Position numbers and translations under genes: made by a program. Positions 46,122 through 48,876 of a stretch of 48,876 bases of DNA are shown in pieces. Under the pieces are notes generated by a model, which saw nothing but the letters and a program-made list of their open reading frames with translations, was not told the DNA's origin and searched no databases. Every line of letters begins with the position of its first letter. The stretch's first letter is position 1. The DNA is from a virus (taxonomy: Duplodnaviria > Caudoviricetes). The stretch covers positions 1 to 48,876 of IMG/VR virus record IMGVR_UViG_3300032212_000023. One strand, 5' to 3'.

Positions 46122-46338
46122 GTGGAGCCTGTTCTCGCATCTGCTTGAATACAGCAGGAGATTTCATTATACGGTAAAAATCTTCTTCAGAAACGTGCAT
46201 AGGGATATTCTGAGGTTCGTCTTCTACAAGGATATGTACAAGCTCCGCATCTTCATTGTGCAAATCTTCTTCGATAACAGAGATTAGTACTGATTGAGGA
46301 ACACCACATAACGTAAAAAATAAGATAATACCGGACAT
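46105..46338 (-). CDS. Hypothetical protein
   Basis: GGAGG RBS; hydrophobic N-terminus followed by C..P. Confidence 0.6.
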   Translation of the reverse strand: MSGIILFFTLCGVPQSVLISVIEEDLHNEDAELVHILVEDEPQNIPMHVSEEDFYRIMKSPAVFKQMREQAPHGTCV

Positions 46339-46431
46339 AGAACCTCCCAAAAGGGAATTAATTTGCGTCCTTGCCTAGTACCTTAAGGTTTTTCCTAGGA
46401 TCACCATCCTATAGAGTTGATGATTTGAATT

Positions 46432-46518
46432 TGGCAGAGAGCAGTGGAATCGAACCACAAGCCGTTAGACTCACTTTACTTAGCAGGTAAGCCCACAGAC
46501 CATCTGGGGTTACTCTCT
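46432..46518 (-). tRNA. tRNA-Ser(GCU)
   Basis: AGAGAGT/GCTCTCT acceptor, CT-GCT-AA loop, long variable arm, GTTCGAT, G73, encoded CCA. Confidence 0.88.
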
Positions 46519-46520
46519 AT

Positions 46521-46607
46521 TGGAGGAAGATAGAAGAGTCGAACTCCTGCCGTTTCCAACACCATCGGGTTCAAACCGATTTGCCAGCCAACCTAGCGGT
46601 ATCTTCC
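46521..46607 (-). tRNA. tRNA-Ser(UGA)
   Basis: GGAAGAT/ATCTTCC acceptor, ATCGG-TT-TGA-AC-CCGAT, long variable arm, GTTCGAC, U73, encoded CCA. Confidence 0.88.
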
Positions 46608-46673
46608 AGAAAGCTCACTGTTAAGCCATGTTGTTGGTCTTATGGACTGGGCAAGCCAGTGAGCGGGTGCTTG

Positions 46674-46832
46674 TTACTCGATATCTACGTATTTGTCTTT
46701 TAGATCAGGATCTGTTTTTATTATATCCCTTGGATCGATCCTTTTGGTTTCACCTTGTTGATTAACTACAACGGCATAGAAGCCGTATACAAGCAAATCT
46801 TTATAGGTATCTTCTTTGTCTTGAGCGTCCAT
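46674..46832 (-). CDS. Small hypothetical protein (52 aa), probably leaderless
   Basis: No SD; ATG 6 nt after a sigmaE-like -10. Confidence 0.5.
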   Translation of the reverse strand: MDAQDKEDTYKDLLVYGFYAVVVNQQGETKRIDPRDIIKTDPDLKDKYVDIE

Positions 46833-46838
46833 GTTATG

Positions 46839-46865
46839 TCTGACAACACAAATTCAATAAAGTTC
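46839..46865 (-). promoter_or_regulatory. SigmaE/AlgU-like promoter at the head of the late arm
   Basis: GAACTT-N16-TCAGA. Confidence 0.6.
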
Positions 46866-46979
46866 AATATATTTCACTACTTTCCGACGAACGGTGTATT
46901 CGAAAATTATATTAGCTGAGAAAACCTACAATACGTTCAGTCGGCTGTCAGTACGTTCAGTGGCTCGTGGTACACTCAG

Positions 46980-47192
46980 TCACTTGCCGTAGGCTGTAAG
47001 GTATCCGTTTAACAGCGGGCCTGTGTACTCTCCAACCCCTTCCTGTAATCGACTGAATGAATCAGGGCCAATAAACACACTGTATTCAGCACCATGTCTA
47101 TTAAAATACTCGTTCTGCTCTGTAGGTTCAGTCTTCTGCCACTGGTTTAAAGATAACCAGTGCTTCAAGGTTGAGTTCTTGCTTTCTTTCAT
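46980..47192 (-). CDS. Hypothetical protein
   Basis: GGAG RBS. Confidence 0.45.
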   Translation of the reverse strand: MKESKNSTLKHWLSLNQWQKTEPTEQNEYFNRHGAEYSVFIGPDSFSRLQEGVGEYTGPLLNGYLTAYGK

Positions 47193-47285
47193 TGATCATT
47201 ATCTCCAGTATCTGTTGTGCATCATAGTCACGCTCAGTACATCGTGCGTGTAGGTATTTAGCTAATCTGTGGTCTGGTAGGTTAA

Positions 47286-47426
47286 TCACGCTAGTTCTTT
47301 ATTCCATTTGATCTTATTGAACCAATAATTCGCATAATTAACTAGCGAATACCCATCTACAGTAGCTTTACTCTTACTGAACTCTACTAGCGATTTAGTT
47401 GAATTACATTTCTTGCATAATTTCAT
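47286..47426 (-). pseudogene. Remnant of an HNH/EndoVII-associated Zn-finger N-terminus
   Basis: MKLCKKCNSTKSLVEFSKSKATVDG, lacking the second CxxC and any nuclease domain. Confidence 0.5.
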
Positions 47427-47827
47427 ATAAAAAATTTTCCTAGAAATATTGTTGCAGTAGGTAAGATGGCCTAACCCACTTTTTCTTATCCTGCATGTTT
47501 CCCCCCTACCCCATCAGCTGAGTTTATCATATATAACAATAACTTATAGCTGAGATCATACCTGAGTACAATGGTGTGTTATACAAGTAATGATTGATAG
47601 GACTATGCTTACTGGTTATCATCAGTCTTATTTATGATAATACTTCAATCCTTAAGTTAGTACTCACTAACATATATCATTCATAAGTATATGATTATAT
47701 TCATTGTATTTATATTTAACCATACATTTAACCTTGAACTGAATGTTTATCTGTTATAAGCTGAATGAATACACAATCAGTACAGTTCATAGTTCATAAC
47801 ATACTGACAAGTACATCATAACTGAAT

Positions 47828-47854
47828 GAACTATCAGTTTATCATGATGTCTGA
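47828..47854 (+). promoter_or_regulatory. SigmaE-like promoter
   Basis: GAACTA-N16-TCTGA. Confidence 0.45.
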
Positions 47855-47986
47855 TAAGTATCATGCTCTACTTATTAGCCTGTAGTGCTCTCTCCTTGTT
47901 TGTCTGTTTGTTTTTGATACAACTATCAGCTTACTATACAAGGGTAAGCGTTCGATACGTCTATCCGTGAACGATCTCACTATCTA

Positions 47987-48013
47987 TTAGACAACCAAAT
48001 CCCTAAATAGTTC
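47987..48013 (-). promoter_or_regulatory. SigmaE-like promoter
   Basis: GAACTA-N16-TCTAA. Confidence 0.55.
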
Positions 48014-48054
48014 AATATTTATCAGTTTATCAGATGAACGGTTATTATCAACTG

Positions 48055-48067
48055 TAAGTTATTGATT
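48055..48067 (-). promoter_or_regulatory. IHF consensus site
   Basis: AATCAATAACTTA matches WATCAANNNNTTR. Confidence 0.55.
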
Positions 48068-48193
48068 GTTTGTTCTTTCAGCTTAAGCATTTACTTAGTT
48101 CAAGGCAGTTATTGTCTATTTTAACGGATGAACGGTAGTTTTAGAGGTTGTTTATATTCTCAGCTCATGTATAGTTTAACCATCGAAGACATA

Positions 48194-48213
48194 AACAGAG
48201 GGTAAGACAATGA
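48194..48213 (+). repeat. 20-bp direct repeat AACAGAGGGTAAGACAATGA (also at 48760-48779 and 71-90)
   Basis: Exact match; contains an SD, TAA and ATG. Confidence 0.92.
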
Positions 48214-48395
48214 TTGAGCACACAGACATTAAATACATAGAAGTACAGTATCTAGCCAGTACAGGCAAAACTAATACTAAAATAACACTCATTGACTGTA
48301 TTACCCGTCAAGAGGCGTTATCAATAGCTGACCTGATTATAGATCCTAGTGTCTTTACTGTACGTTGCTGGACTAATCATAACACTTACATTTAG
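48210..48395 (+). CDS. Early hypothetical protein (cassette gene 1)
   Basis: GAGGG RBS. Confidence 0.65.
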   Translation: MIEHTDIKYIEVQYLASTGKTNTKITLIDCITRQEALSIADLIIDPSVFTVRCWTNHNTYI

Positions 48396-48425
48396 TAGCC
48401 AAAACACACTAAAGAGGATAATAAG

Positions 48426-48569
48426 ATGAAAACTTTAGAATCAATGATAGCATTAGGCTGGCAGGTATCAGATAAAAACAGTAGTATTAACCTGTATACA
48501 TTAGCCAATGATCATCAAGTATGTTTACTGTATACAGACACTAATACAGTTTATTTTTTCAATAAATAG
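48426..48569 (+). CDS. Early hypothetical protein (cassette gene 2, 47 aa)
   Basis: GAGGA RBS. Confidence 0.6.
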   Translation: MKTLESMIALGWQVSDKNSSINLYTLANDHQVCLLYTDTNTVYFFNK

Positions 48570-48576
48570 GTGATAT

Positions 48577-48771
48577 ATGGACAATCTAGGCTATAAATAC
48601 GAATTTGTTGCCACTAAAGGCGATAAAGTCCAGGTTAAACAATTCTACAGCATATTATTTGCTAATGAATCCGCTTGTACCATGATAGCAGAGGGATGGA
48701 CTGTAAAGTCTATCGATGATTACGATACAGGGGAAATAGTACATAAATTCCCTGAAATTAACAGAGGGTAA
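48577..48771 (+). CDS. Early hypothetical protein (cassette gene 3)
   Basis: AGGTGA RBS; stop lies inside the 20-bp repeat. Confidence 0.65.
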   Translation: MDNLGYKYEFVATKGDKVQVKQFYSILFANESACTMIAEGWTVKSIDDYDTGEIVHKFPEINRG

Positions 48772-48876
48772 GACAATGAATGAATTATTATATGATGGTA
48801 TTTATTACACTTTTGAATACAGTCAAGATACTGGTTATATTGAAGTGCGAGACAATAAGGGTATTATTGCTAGTGG

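Larger units (their letters stand above)
47427..48123. other. AT-rich non-coding control region between the divergent arms
   Basis: No long ORFs; IHF-like sites, palindrome and CCCCCCTACCCC tract. Confidence 0.7.
1..48876. mobile_element. Near-complete or complete lytic podovirus-like bacteriophage genome (T7-like replication module without RNAP, P22-like tail)
   Basis: Terminase, portal, capsid, tail and replication genes in two convergent arms; 71-187 is identical to 48760-48876; no integrase recognised. Confidence 0.95.

Noticed and set aside
46437-46447. att-like match between the tRNA-Ser 3' end (GAGAGCAGTGG) and the post-tailspike box
   Set aside because: Only 10-11 bp, plausible by chance, and no integrase is present
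46521-46607. tRNA-Sec or opal suppressor (selC-like GGAAGAT start)
   Set aside because: The anticodon on the coding strand is UGA (Ser), not UCA; the acceptor stem is 7 bp
1-48876. Stop-codon reassignment or prophage status
   Set aside because: Core genes are intact in the standard code with all three stops used; no integrase, repressor or host genes recognised

Overview
An apparently complete ~48.7 kb lytic podovirus-like dsDNA phage genome; positions 71-187 recur at 48760-48876, so it circularises. It has two convergent arms. The + arm (~48.1 kb through the junction to 19.1 kb) carries small early genes (Ocr-like acidic protein, RelA/SpoT-type HD hydrolase, NinX-like, lipoprotein), a T7-type primase-helicase, a C5 DNA methyltransferase, a family A DNA polymerase, SSB, a 5'-3' exonuclease, an intein-interrupted endonuclease VII, a metallophosphoesterase, a DUF3310 protein and a class II RNR. 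The - arm (47.4 kb down to 19.2 kb) carries two tRNA-Ser, terminases, portal, GroES, scaffold, major capsid protein, an HNH endonuclease, P22-like tail and ejection proteins and several beta-helix receptor-binding proteins. I could not recognise an RNA polymerase, sigma factor, integrase or endolysin. Most notable: (1) an intein in the catalytic DH|CH motif of endonuclease VII; (2) an identical 18-bp box exactly 5 nt after the stop of both tailspike genes; (3) a two-frame, M.EcoHK31I-like split methyltransferase; (4) a 566-bp three-gene early cassette flanked by 20-bp stop/RBS/ATG repeats, present in both deleted and intact forms; (5) sigmaE-like promoters paired with an upstream ACCGTTCRTC motif at the head of the late arm. 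All calls are by eye from motifs; no searches were run.
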